Shown here: one piece after another, positions 27,608 through 37,785 of the stretch
How positions within the stretch are numbered: position 1 is the stretch's first letter
Layout: every line of letters starts with the position of its first letter
DNA from: an uncultured Actinomycetota bacterium
GTDB lineage: Bacteria > Actinomycetota > Actinomycetes > CAVWCF01
Reading direction: 5' to 3'
Assembly (NCBI GenBank): GCA_963818455.1
Contig: CAWFSE010000001.1
Location: forward strand, 75,959 to 139,958
Length of the DNA: 64,000 nt
Notes under the pieces: model-generated
Database searches by the model: none
Told to the model about the DNA's origin: nothing
The model's input: only the letters and a program-made list of their open reading frames with translations
Position numbers and translations under genes: made by a program

Positions 27608-28711
27608 ATGAGCGACGCGATCATCGCCCCGGGCGTCGCCACGGCCAACCGCCGCACCGGCCTCATCATGGCGGCGACCGCGTCGGTCTTCTTCGCCATC
27701 AACGGCACGGTGTCCAAGGCGATCCTGCTGTCCGGGATCGAGGCGGTGCGGCTGACCGAGTTCCGCTCGCTGGGGGCCTTCGTCGGGATCGCGCTGTGGC
27801 TGGCGTGGCGGCGGCCGTCGGCGCTGCGGCTGCGCTGGAGCGAGGTGCCGATGCTCGCGGTCTACGGCGTCGTCGGCTTCGCGTTCGTGCAGATCTTCTA
27901 CTTCATCTCGATCGGGCGGCTGCCGGTCGGGGTGGCGCTGCTCATCGAGTACACCGCGCCGATCCTGATCGCGCTGTGGGCGCGGTTCGGCGAGAAGCAG
28001 CCGCTGCGCAAGCGGTTCTGGGCGGCGCTGGCGCTGGCGATGCTCGGCCTGGCGATGGTGGCGCAGGTCTTCGACTCCGACGCCGACATCGACGGGCTCG
28101 GGGTCGCGGCCGGCTTCGCCGCGGCGCTCGCGCTGGCGCTCTACTTCATCCTCGGCGACCGGATCATCTCGTCCGGCCGGCGGGACGCGATCTCGCTGAC
28201 CTGCTGGGCGTTCGGCTTCGCCTCGCTCTTCCTGGCGATCGTCTTCCCGTGGTGGACGTTCCCGTTCGGCGAGCTGGCCGGCTCGACCACCCTGCTCGAG
28301 GGGCTGCCGGCGATCCCGATCTGGGCGCTGGCGCTGTGGCTGGTCGTGCTCGGCACGATCCTGCCGTTCACCCTGATCATCGCCTCGCTGTCGCACCTCA
28401 CCGCGACCGGCTCGTCGGTGGTCGGCATGCTCGAGCCGGTGCTCGCGGCGGTGGTCGCGTGGATCCTGCTCGGCGAGGTGCTCGCCGGCGTGCAGATCGT
28501 CGGCGGCATCGTGGTGCTGGTCGGGGTGCTGCTCGCCGAGACCTCCCGCGCCGGCGCCGTCCGCCGCGCCGCGGAGGCTGCGATCAGCGCCACCAGGTGC
28601 TTGATCAACACCAGGGGGGTCGGCGTTGTCAACACCGAGGGGTCGCGTGCCACACCCCGGGTTGATCAAGCAGGTTCGGCGCGGTACCACGGACGGCAGC
28701 TACCAGGGTGA
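27608..28711 (+). CDS. EamA/DMT-family transporter
   Basis: ATG 27608 within ORF 26717..28711. Ten hydrophobic segments (..FFAINGTVSKAILL.., ..LIEYTAPILIALWA.., ..VVGMLEPVLAAVVAWILLGE..). The last ~40 codons run through a structured repeat, so the stop may be earlier. Confidence 0.75.
   Translation: MSDAIIAPGVATANRRTGLIMAATASVFFAINGTVSKAILLSGIEAVRLTEFRSLGAFVGIALWLAWRRPSALRLRWSEVPMLAVYGVVGFAFVQIFYFISIGRLPVGVALLIEYTAPILIALWARFGEKQPLRKRFWAALALAMLGLAMVAQVFDSDADIDGLGVAAGFAAALALALYFILGDRIISSGRRDAISLTCWAFGFASLFLAIVFPWWTFPFGELAGSTTLLEGLPAIPIWALALWLVVLGTILPFTLIIASLSHLTATGSSVVGMLEPVLAAVVAWILLGEVLAGVQIVGGIVVLVGVLLAETSRAGAVRRAAEAAISATRCLINTRGVGVVNTEGSRATPRVDQAGSARYHGRQLPG
28598..28672. repeat. Inverted repeat (TGCTTGATCAACACC / GGGTTGATCAAGCA) enclosing two tandem ~22-nt units
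   Basis: Left arm 28598-28612 and right arm 28659-28672. Tandem units TTGATCAACACCAGGGGGGTCG (28601-28622) and TTGTCAACACCGAGGGGTCG (28626-28645). Sits at the convergent junction of the EamA and WxL genes. Confidence 0.6.
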
Positions 28712-29930
28712 TCGTCATGGTCGCGGTGTAGACGTCCGCGGCCTGGAAGGACGGCACGGTCAGGGTCAGCGGGGCGGAGACGGTGTAGATGCCACCGGAG
28801 GACTGGCTGGTCGGGTTGACCTGGCCGTCCTTGACGCACAGGGTGACCGTGCCGCCGAAGGTCTGGCTGCGACCCGGCGACCGCACCCGGCGCGACGCGT
28901 CGCCGGGTCGTAGCCGGCCACCACGGATCTGCCCGGGTGCGTCGTAGTCCCAGGCCTCCCCAGCGGCGGCAGGGGCACAGGCCGGAGACGCCGCGAGCCG
29001 CGAGTTGGCGATGGTGTTGCTGCCCGCGCCGGCGAAGTTGGTCATCGTGGCCGAGAGCGTCCAGCCGTAGCCACCGCCGCGGTTGTCGGTGACCGTGATC
29101 GGGTTGAGCGACGCCGGGCACGGCGTTGGGGCCAGCGGGGTTGTCACCGTCGCCCAGATCGACCGTCGTGCTGTTCGGGTTGCCGCCACCCTGGTAGGCG
29201 CGCTGGACGAGCCTGCCGGCCGTGATGGTCACCTCGACGTCTTGGGAGGTGGCGCAAGGCGGGTCGGCAGGCGTCGGGATCTCGCAGCGGTCCGGCGCTG
29301 GACCCGGGCACGCCAGTCACGGGCAGCTGAAGTGCCGATCGTCGGTGCGCAGCGTGCTCTCGGGGACTGCGACGTAGGAATCGGGCGCGTCGACCGCGAA
29401 GCAGCGAATCGAGCCGCCAGAGGGTCCGCGTCGCCGCCGGTCAGATCGATCCGGAAGGCCACCGGCACGAACTCGAACGACGTCGCCGAGGCAGCGCCGG
29501 CCGACGGGTAGGCCGCGACCGTGGCTGCGGCGCGGCAACGGGCCCGAAGGCCGCCAGGGACTGGGGCGCGGAGTTGGCGCCCGTCGCGGTCACGTCCGGC
29601 TGGGCGACCCCGTTCTTGAAGACCCGGAACTCGGCGCGCGCGGTGGCCGTCACCCCGCTGAGCGCCAGCGGCCCGTTGAGCGGGTCGGGGCTGAAGGATG
29701 CGCTCGACGTTCACGCTGCCCCCCACCGGCGCCGAGCTCGACACCGTGTAGGTCAGCGTGTGCACGCTCGTGGCAGCGGGCTGGTAGGTGCCCGAGTAGA
29801 GCGTCTGCGCACAGCGGAAGTTCGTCGTCTGCGCCCGGGTGGTGTCGGCCGCGGCCTGCGGCGCGACGGCGACCACGCCGACGGCAGCCAGCGCCACGGC
29901 GAGGCCCGCAGCGAGGGCGCGGCGGATCAC
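28629..29930 (-). CDS. WxL-domain cell-surface protein; heavily frame-disrupted
   Basis: GTG 29930 (GTGA overlap). Signal VIRRALAAGLAVALAAVGVVAVAPQAAA. The C-terminal domain in ORF 28629..29189 reads ..LNPITVTDNRGGGYGWTLSATMTNFAGAGSNTIANSRL...GIYTVSAPLTLTVPSFQAADVYTATMTITLVAA.. (WxL-domain pattern). At least 5 frame switches. Confidence 0.55.
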
Positions 29931-30835
29931 GGGGCCACCGGGGCGGTCGCGCCGCCGGTGAGAAGGTCGCGGAGGTACTCCGGGGCGACCAGCGAGCAGT
30001 AGAAGGCGCCCGTTGGCCCGCGGCCCGATCGGGTTGGCAGATCGTCCCAGCTCGGACACGAGCCGGCTGACCTCGGACCTGCAGGGTGCCGCCCTGATTC
30101 GACGGCGGGCTCCACGTAGTCGGCCGAGCCCGGCGAGATCGAGCGACGTCCAGGCGGGCCCAAGCGCGTTCACGGCATCCGCGGCCGTGACGAGCGTCGT
30201 GCCAGCAGGCGCAGGCTTGAACGGCGCGGCTGCCTGCTGAGCCGCGTCGAGCCCGGCCCAGACGGACTCGATCGTGCGCTGGTTGACGGCGCTGCAGGTC
30301 TCGTTCGTAGCAGTGTGCGCTGGGTCAAGCAGGGCAGCGCCCGCGGCACCGAAGCCGAAGTAGGGCGGCTGCTCGAAACCCGGGGTGTTGTTCTCGGAGC
30401 CACCCGGCCAGGCGCCCGCGGTGATGCTCGTCGCGGGTGCGCATCTTGCAGTTGAACTGCTTCGGGTCGGTCCCCTGGAACCCGCCGCCCTCGAGCGAGC
30501 CGTTGCGGTAGATCACCGAGGTGACCGTGTTGATGGTCTTGGCCGTCGGGTCGGCACCCGACTTCGACAGCACGAAGGCATCGTTGCCTCGTAGTCCTGC
30601 CCGGCGTCGTTCCTGCTGGTAGATCGTCGAGACGGTCCGGTAGCCGCCGGGCAGCGGGTCGACCAGGCCGGCGACGGTGACCTGGGCGTCGGCGCAGAAG
30701 TCGAACAGGGTCTGCACCTGCGCGGCGGCCGTGCCGGGCGGGTTCGAGCCGGGCGGCGAGCGCGCTGACACCGGCCGTGGCGGCGACCAGACCGGTCACG
30801 GCCAGGCCGACGACGGCAGCGCGGCGAACCCGCAT
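29927..30835 (-). CDS. Secreted hypothetical protein (first gene of the WxL operon); frame-disrupted
   Basis: ATG 30835 follows GGAGGGGG. Signal MRVRRAAVVGLAVTGLVAATAGVSA. The body in ORF 30325..30771 reads ..AAAQVQTLFDFCADAQVTVAGLVDPLPGGYRTVSTIYQQ..TINTVTSVIYRNGSLEGGGFQGTDPKQFNCK.. I recognised no family. Confidence 0.45.
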
Positions 30836-30863
30836 GACACCCCCTCCGGTGGCTGCGAAGCAT

Positions 30864-30904
30864 GGAACGGAATCCCGCTCAGCGGAACACCGATCCCGCG
30901 GAAC
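30864..30904. promoter_or_regulatory. Three GGAAC half-sites including GGAACACCGATCC (module D)
   Basis: GGAAC at 30864, 30884 and 30900. 30884-30896 matches the 24329-24341 palindrome at 12/13 positions. CGATCCCGC also occurs next to module C (24316-24324). Located 29-69 nt upstream of ATG 30835. Confidence 0.35.
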
Positions 30905-30977
30905 GCTACCTGGCACCCGCCGCCGCGGTAAAGGCCTTGCCGCGAGTCTTCATCCGACCGGGTTGCGGCCCCTGCCG

Positions 30978-32737
30978 TCAGGCGCCGGCATGGCCGTCAG
31001 GCGGCTGGTTCGCCGCGAAGGCGCGGTAGGCGGCCAGGGCGGTGGGCAGGGTCGGGAAGATCAGGTCGTCGCCGACCCGCTCGCTGAAGCCGGCCCGGTC
31101 GAGCACCACCCGCAGGTCCTGCTTGACCCGGGCCATCGCGAAGACGACGCCCGCGCTCGGCCAGCGTCGGCGCGCACCTCCTCGAGGGCCGTCGACGGCG
31201 GTGGAGTCGACCTCGATGTTGGCCTCGGCGTTGAGCAGGAACCACCGCACCGGGCGCACCGCTGCGGGCGCCTCGGCCACCGCGGCCAGGGCGCGGCGCG
31301 CGGAAGTCCTGGGCGTTGGCGAAGAACAGCGGCGAGTCGTACCGGTAGACGACGAGCCCGGGCTCCAGCTCGGCCTCCGGGTAGTCGTCGATGTCGTGCA
31401 TGCCGGCCAGCCCGGGCACGATCCCGAGGATGCCGTCGTGCGGGCGGGCCACCCGGTAGAGCAGCTCGGCCACCGACAGCGCCGACCGCGAGCAGCACCC
31501 CGTACAGGATGTCGAAGACGAGCACGCCGACCATCGCGGCCAGCGCGAGCAGGAACTCGTTGCGCCGGAACGCCCACAGCCGCCGGAACTCCGCCAGGTC
31601 GATCAGCCGCAGCGCCGCGTACACCACGATCCCGCCGAGCGCCGCGACCGGGAACGCCTCGAGCACCGGCCGGAACGCGACCAGCGCCACGACGACGGCC
31701 ACGGCCATCACCAGCGAGAACAGCTGCGACGCGCGAGCCGCTCGACTGGCCGATCGCGGTGCGGCTGCCGCTGCTGCTGACCGGCAGCCCGCGCACCAGG
31801 CCCGGCGGCGGCGTTGGCCCCGGCCAGCGCGAGCAGCTCGGCGTTGGCGTCCACCGGGTCGCCGGTGCGCGCGGCGAAGGCCCGCGCCGTGAGCACGTTG
31901 TCGGTGTAGCCGACGACGAGCACGCCGACGGCGGGCAGCAGCAGCGACTGGACGTCGGCCCAGGTGACGCCGCCGAGCCCCACCTCGGGCAGCCCCACCG
32001 GGATGTCGCCGACCACCGCCACGCCGTTGTCCTGCAACGAGAACACCGTCACCAGCCCGGCCGACACGACCACCGCCAGCAGCGGGCCCGGGCAGCCGCG
32101 GCCACCGCCGCTGCACGAGCAGCAGCGCCGCGACGGTCCCCAGCCCGATCGCCGTCGAGGCGGCGTCCACGCCGTCCGCGGCGACCGCCTGGACGAACGA
32201 GACCACCTCGGCGGCGATCGTGTCGCCCTCGACCTCCACGCCGAAGATCCGCGACAGCTGGCCGACGATCATGATCACCGCGACCCCGGCCAGGTAGCCG
32301 ATGAGCACCGGCCGCGACAGCAGGTCGGCCACGAAGCCGAGCCGGAACGCCCAGGCGACGAGCGCGTACGCCGCCACCACCAGCGCCAGCACGGCCGCGA
32401 GCACCGCGAAGCGCTGCGCGTCACCGCCCGCCAGCGGCGCGATCGTCGCGGCGGTGAGCACCGCCGTCGTCGACTCCGGGCCGACCGACAGCTGCCGCGA
32501 CGACCCGAGCACCGCGTAGACGCAGGCCGCCGCGATCAGCGACCACAGCCCCGCCCCGACCGGCACGCCGGCCAGCTGCGCGTACGCCATGACCTGCGGG
32601 ATCGCGTACGCCGCCACCGTGATCCCGGCCAGCACGTCGCCGCGCAGCCAGGACCGGTCGTACGCGCGCAGCACCGCCGCGCCCGGCGCCCAGCGGGCCA
32701 GCCGCGACGCGTGCGCGACTTCCCCGGGGCGGCCCAC
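30978..32737 (-). CDS. SulP-family anion transporter with C-terminal STAS domain; frame-disrupted
   Basis: GTG 32737. ..AGITVAAYAIPQVMAYAQLAGVPVGAGLWS..SRQLSVGPESTTA.. (ORF 31061..32737), ..LTARAFAARTGDPVDANAELLALAGANAAAG.. (ORF 31708..32073). The STAS-like tail reads ..GLVVYRYDSPLFFANA..VRWFLLNAEANIEVDSTAV..VFAMARVKQDLRVVLDRAGF.. (ORFs 30997, 30978). Confidence 0.8.
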
Positions 32738-32795
32738 CGCGCCAGGTTAGGACGCGCGCGGCCACCGGCAGGCGCTTCTCGGGGAGACTGGCCCG

Positions 32796-33791
32796 GTGGA
32801 CGACCGACGAGCTGCTCACCGCCGACCCCGCGCGCGCCGTCGAGGCGCTGCTCGCCGGCGGGCTCGTCGCGCTGCCGACCGAGACCGTGTACGGCCTCGG
32901 CGCCGACGCCGAGCAGCCGCACGCGGTGGCCCGCGTCTTCGCGGTCAAGGGCCGCCCCGCCGACCACCCGCTGATCGTGCACGTCCGCGGCGCCGAGCGA
33001 CCTCGACGCGTGGGCGCGCGACATCCCGCCGTACGCGCGGGCGCTCGCCGAGGCGCTGTGGCCCGGGCCCGCTCACCCTCGTGCTCCCCCGCAGCGCGCG
33101 GGCCGGCGACCACGTGACCGGCGGGCAGGACACCGTCGGCCTGCGGGCGCCGTCGCACCCGGTCGCCCGCGAGGTCCTCGCCGCCCTCGGCGGCCGCGGG
33201 ATCGCCGCCCCCAGCGCCAACCGGTTCGGCCGGGTCTCGCCGACCACCGCCCAGCACGTGCTCGACGAGCTCGGCGCGCTGCTCGACCCCGCGACCGACC
33301 TGGTCCTCGACGGCGGCGCCTGCGACGTCGGCGTGGAGTCGACGATCCTCGACTGCACCGGCGAGCGCCCCCGGCTGCTGCGCCCCGGCGCCGTCGACGC
33401 CGACACCGTCGCGATCGCCGGCGGCGTCCCGCTCGACCCGGAGGGCGTGTCGTCCGTACGCGCCCCCGGCACCCTCGCGTCGCACTACGCCCCCAGCGCC
33501 CGGGTCACGGTCGCGGGCGAGGACGGCCTCGACGAGGCGCTCGCCGCTCGCGGCCGCCGGCGGCCCGGGGCCGGTGGGCCTGCTCGCGGTCGCCGGCGCT
33601 CGCAGACCCCCGTGGGCGTGGTCCGGCTCTCCGAGCCCGCCGACGACGCCGCGTACGCCCAGGTGCTCTACGCCGCGCTGCGCGAGGCCGACGCCCTCGG
33701 CCTCGCCGCCGTCGTCGCCGTGCCGCCGCACGAGGGCCCGCTCGCCGCGGCCGTCGCCGACCGCCTCCGCCGCGCCGCCCACCGCCCCTGA
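32796..33791 (+). CDS. L-threonylcarbamoyladenylate synthase (Sua5/YwlC/TsaC family); frame-disrupted
   Basis: ..GGLVALPTETVYGLGADAEQPHAVARVFAVKGRPADHPLIVHV.., ..LTLVLPRS..GQDTVGLRAPSHPVAREVL..IAAPSANRFGRVSPTTAQHV.. plus a Sua5 C-terminal domain (ORF 32796..33791 and shifted pieces). Confidence 0.85.
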   Translation: MDDRRAAHRRPRARRRGAARRRARRAADRDRVRPRRRRRAAARGGPRLRGQGPPRRPPADRARPRRRATSTRGRATSRRTRGRSPRRCGPGPLTLVLPRSARAGDHVTGGQDTVGLRAPSHPVAREVLAALGGRGIAAPSANRFGRVSPTTAQHVLDELGALLDPATDLVLDGGACDVGVESTILDCTGERPRLLRPGAVDADTVAIAGGVPLDPEGVSSVRAPGTLASHYAPSARVTVAGEDGLDEALAARGRRRPGAGGPARGRRRSQTPVGVVRLSEPADDAAYAQVLYAALREADALGLAAVVAVPPHEGPLAAAVADRLRRAAHRP

Positions 33792-33798
33792 CCAAGAT

Positions 33799-33853
33799 CC
33801 CGGTTTGCGGTGGCAGGAGCGGTGAGATGCCGCTCGTACCACCGCAAACCGGG
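33799..33853. terminator. Perfect 15-bp inverted repeat with 25-nt loop
   Basis: CCCGGTTTGCGGTGG (33799-33813) pairs with CCACCGCAAACCGGG (33839-33853). It starts 8 nt after the Sua5 stop. No U-tract follows. Confidence 0.45.
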
Positions 33854-33877
33854 GGCGTGGCGTGGTGTACTCGCGCG

Positions 33878-34352
33878 GTGGAGTCTGGTGAGGAGCGCGC
33901 CGCCGCCGCGCTGGCCGCCTCCGGCATCGCCCACACCGCGACCCGGCACGGCCGGGTGGGCAGCCTCGAGGAGGCCGCCGCCGCCCGCGGCCTGCGCCCC
34001 GACCAGGTGCTCAAGACGATCGTGGTCCGGCGCGGCGAGGGCGACCACGTCTTCGTCCTCGTCCCCGGCGGGCGCGCCATCGCCTGGCCCAAGCTGCGCG
34101 AGGCGCTCGGGGTCAGCCGGCTGTCGCTGCCCGACGCCGAGGCCGCCCGCGCCGCGACCGGGTACGAGCGCGGCACCATCACGCCGTTCGGCTCGACGCA
34201 CGCCTGGCCGGTCATCGCCGACGCGCGCATCCCCGCGGCCGGCCCGGTGAGCATCGGCGGCGGCGCGCACGGCGTGGCCTACACCGTCGACGCGCGACGC
34301 GCTGGTCGCCGCGCTGGCCGCGACCGTCGCCGACGTCACCGACCCGGAGTAG
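33878..34352 (+). CDS. YbaK/EbsC-type aminoacyl-tRNA deacylase domain protein; one frameshift near the 3' end
   Basis: ..LEEAAAARGLRPDQVLKTIVVRRGEGDHVFVLVPGGRAIAWPKLREALGVSRLSLPDAEAARAATGYERGTITPFG..VSIGGGAHGVAYTV.. The tail ..LVAALAATVADVTDPE* lies in a shifted frame (stop 34350-34352). An alternative start is ATG 33827. Confidence 0.75.
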
Positions 34353-34365
34353 CCGCCCGCCGCGC

Positions 34366-35437
34366 TCACGGCACCAGCGCGGTGAACATGAACCCCGCGA
34401 AGACCGCCAGGTGGGCGGTGCCCTGCATCACCGTGGCCCGGTGGTTGACCAGGGTGAGGATGCCGACGGCGACGGTGAGCGCCAGCAGCACGATCTGGGT
34501 CGGCCCCAGCCCGAGGACCAGCGGGCCGGACAGCCAGATCGACGCCACCGCGATCACCGGGATGGTCAGCCCGATGCTGGCCAGCGCCGAGCCGTACGCG
34601 AGGTTGAGGCTGGTCTGCACCCGGTCCAGCCGCGCGGCCCGGACCGCGGCCAGCGTCTCCGGCAGCAGCACGAGCAGCGCGATCACGACGCCGACGAAGG
34701 CGGCCGGGGCGTTGAGCGCCGCGACCCCGTCCTCGATGGCCGGCGACTCCACCTTGGCCAGCCCGACCACCGCGACCAGCGAGACCAGCAGCAGCCCGAC
34801 GCTGGCCGCCCGTCTGGCGGTTCGTCGGCGGCGCCGCGTGCGCCTCGTCGTCGTGCGCCCCCGTCGCCGACCGGCAGGAAGTAGTCGCGGTGGCGCACGG
34901 TCTGGACGAAGACGTAGACCCCGTAGACGACCAGCGCGGACGACGCGCCGCGAAGGCCAGCTGGCTCGCCGAGAAGACCGGCCCCGGCTCGCTGGTGGTG
35001 AACGTCGGCAGCACCAGGCTCAGCGTCGCCAGCACCGCGATCGCGCTCAGCGCCGCGGTGCTGCCCTCGGGGTTGAACGACACGGTCCGGTGCCGCAGCG
35101 CGCCGAGCAGCAGGCAGATCCCGACGATGCCGTTGCAGGTGATCATCACGGCCGCGAAGACCGTGTCGCGCGCCAGCGAGGACGTCTCGTCGCCCTTGGA
35201 CACCACCAGGCTCACGATCAGCGCGACCTCGATGACGGTGACCGCGACCGCGAGCACCAGCGACCCGTACGGCTCGCCGACCCGGTGCGCGACCACCTCG
35301 GCGTGGTGCACCGCGGCCAGCACCGCCGCCACGAGCGCGACGGCGGCCAGCGCGACCGCCCACCCGGGCAGCTCGCGCCCCCAGGCCGGCACGAGCACCG
35401 CGATCGCGGCGAAGGGGGCGACCGTGCTGGCTCTCAT
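34366..35437 (-). CDS. Calcium/proton (CaCA/ChaA-type) antiporter; frame-disrupted
   Basis: ATG 35437. ..VGEPYGSLVLAVAVTVIEVALIVSL.. (alpha-repeat 1, ORF 33668..35512) and ..LLPETLAAVRAARLDRVQTSLNLAYGSALASIGLTIPV.. (alpha-repeat 2, ORF 34366..34770). Confidence 0.75.
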
Positions 35438-35529
35438 GGGACCACCCTGCCTCATCCGGTTCGGATGACGGCGCGGCGGCGGCTCCGACAGTAGGGTCGG
35501 AAACCGACGCACACCGAAGGAGCCGAGCC

Positions 35530-36062
35530 GTGAGCGAGCCCACGGGCGCCGAGGTCGAGGTGGCGGGCGCCGCGCCTGCCGCGCTCGACCCGTTGGCCGC
35601 CGCGGCGATCCCGGAGGTCAACCAGCACGGGATCCCCGCGTGGGCCGGCCGTCGGCTCCGCCAGGACCTGTCGAACTGGCGGCTCTTCCTGGTCCGCGTG
35701 GTCACCAGCGGCCTGGCGGTGATCCTCACCGTGGTCCTCGTGCCCGGGCTCGGGTTCACCACGCTTCGGGTGGGGCTCGTTCACGCTGATCGGCCTGGTC
35801 TTCGGCCTGCTCAACGGACTGGTCAAGCCCTTCCTGCAGTTCTTCTCGCTGCGCTACCTGGTCGCCAGCTACGGGCTGGTCGTCGTGGTCATCAACGCGT
35901 TCCTGCTCGGGCTGCTCTCGTGGATCCTCGACGGCAAGATCGAGGCCCGAAGCGTGCTGTCCTTCCTGCTTGGGGGGCCTGCTGATCGGCTTGATCGGCA
36001 CCTTCCTCGACACCCTGGCCGGCACCACGCCGCCGATCATCGACCGGAGGCGCGCACCGTGA
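35530..36062 (+). CDS. Small 4-TM membrane protein (phage-holin-family-IV-like); frame-disrupted
   Basis: GTG 35530 follows GAAGGAG. ..RLFLVRVVTSGLAVILTVVLVPGLGF.., ..FGLLNGLVKPFLQFFSLRYLVASYGLVVVVINAFLLGLLSWIL.. The 3' end is unresolved and adjoins the next GTG. Confidence 0.5.
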
Positions 36063-37782
36063 GCGGGAGCCTCGACACGGTCAACGAGAACCTGCGGATC
36101 CAGCAGGTCTACTCGACGCTGCTGAACTTCGGCGCCTCCGGCGCTGATCGACCGCCCGCCGCTGGGCGGGCCGCGCCGCGCGATGCAGCGCTGGATCTAC
36201 CGGCTGCCCGAGCCGGTCGAGGCGCTGTCGCCCGCCGTGAGCACCCGCATCCTGATGGAGAAGCTCGGCCCGACGTACGTCAAGCTCGGGCAGATCGTCT
36301 CCAGCCAGGCCAACGTGCTGCCCGACGAGTGGCGCATCGAGCTGGACAAGCTGCAGAACGAGGTGCCGCCCGTTCCCGTACGAGCAGGTGCGCGAGGTGA
36401 TCATCGCCGAGCTGGGCGCGCCGCCGGAGGAGCTGTACGCGGAGTTCGACCCGAAGCCGCTGGCCGCGGCCTCGCTCGGCCAGGTGCACCGCGGCGGTGC
36501 TGCACGACGGCACGCAAGGTGGCGGTCAAGGTCCAGCGGCCCAACCTCGACAAGCAGGTGCGCGCCGACCTCGGCATCATCCGGCTGTTCGGCGGCTACG
36601 CCGAGCGGCGCAGCACGTGGGCCCGCGAGGTCGGCATCCGCTCGATGCTCGACGAGTTCGGCAGCACCCTGCAGGAGGAGCTCGACTACTACGCCGAGGC
36701 CTACAACATGGAGCGGCTCGCCACCAACCTCGAGCCGATCGAGGGCGTGCACGTCGCCGACGCTCTACCGGGACCTGTCGACCAAGCGGGTGCTGACCCA
36801 GGAGTTCGTCACCGGGGTGAAGATCTCCGACGTCGAGGCGATGACGGCCGCCGGCCTCGACCTGCGCAGCGATCGGCGACGCGGCGCTGCGCGCGGCGAT
36901 GAAGATGCTGCTGATCGACGGCTTCTTCCACGCCGACCCGCACCCCGGCAACCTCATCGTCAACCTCGACACCGGCGTCGTGACCTTCCTCGACTGCGGG
37001 ATGGTCGGCGAGCTCATCGATCGCCGCAGCGCGCCCACCTGGTGATGTTCCTGTGGACGTTCGTCAAGGGCGACGTCGCCGGCGATGGGCCAGCAGCTGC
37101 GCTCGCTCAGCGTGCCGTTCCGGCCGATCGACGAGAACCGCGTTCCTCAAGGACTTCGAGCGCCGGATGAGCCGCTACCAGCAGGGCAGCAAGCCCGACG
37201 TCAAGCTCGTGATGTCCGAGGCCACCGGCGTCCTGCGCGACAACGGGCTGCGCCTCGACCCGCAGCTGACCCTCGCGCTCAAGGCGATGGTGCAGGCGTC
37301 GGCGTTCTTCACCCGGCTCGCCCCGCCGGACCGCACCTTCACCGACGCGGCGCTGGAGGACGTACGCGAGCTCGCCGCGGACACCTTCACCGAGGACGTC
37401 GCTGATCGCCGCCGGCAAGAAGGAGGCCACCAAGATCGCCGGGCGGGCCCTGCAGGAGGCCCCCGAGTACCTCAAGGGCCTGGTGTCCTGGCGCGACCAG
37501 GTCAAGAAGGGCAAGTTCACCCTCTACCTCGACACCACCTCGCTCAACCAGCAGGTCGACACCCTGCGCTCGATCGCCGCGATGCTCGTCGTCGCGCTGC
37601 TGGTGGCGGGCGGGATGATCGGCGGCGCGATCGCCTCCAACGTGTTCAACAGCCAGGGCTCCGAGCGGGCGGCGACGTACGCGGGGTGGGTGTTCTTCGC
37701 CTCGGTGGGCGTGGGGGTCGTCCTCGTCCTGGTCTTCCTGGTGCGGATGGTCCGCGACCTGCGCGGCCGGCGCCGCGAGTAG
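36059..37782 (+). CDS. ABC1/UbiB-family atypical protein kinase with C-terminal TM segments; frame-disrupted
   Basis: ..LMEKLGPTYVKLGQIVSSQANVLPDEWRIELDKLQNEVPP..AAASLGQVHRA..VAVKVQRPNL..LQEELDYYAEAYNMERL..GFFHADPHPGNLIVN..FLDCGMVGEL.. The C-terminal TM pair lies in ORF 37483..37782. At least 6 frame switches. Confidence 0.85.
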
Positions 37783-37785
37783 CCG

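Noticed and set aside
3549-30904. Reading the GGAAC motifs as -35 elements of ECF-sigma promoters (GGAAC-N16-17-CGT/GTT).
   Set aside because: At modules A and B the motif lies downstream of good sigma70-type -35/-10 hexamers. At modules C and D the GGAAC orientation points away from the regulated genes. The palindromic GGAAC-N3-GTTCC structure fits a dimeric DNA-binding protein better.
26717-35512. Other composite track ORFs, such as 26717..28711 (664 aa), 33668..35512 (614 aa) and 33827..35494 (555 aa).
   Set aside because: Only the EamA part of the first, the CaCA N-terminal part of the second and the YbaK part of the third show family motifs. The remainders are out-of-frame or antisense GC-frame translations.
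35530-36062. The holin-family-like gene as evidence for a prophage.
   Set aside because: There are no neighbouring phage structural, lysis, integrase or terminase genes. This small 4-TM family is widespread as a chromosomal membrane protein in actinobacteria.
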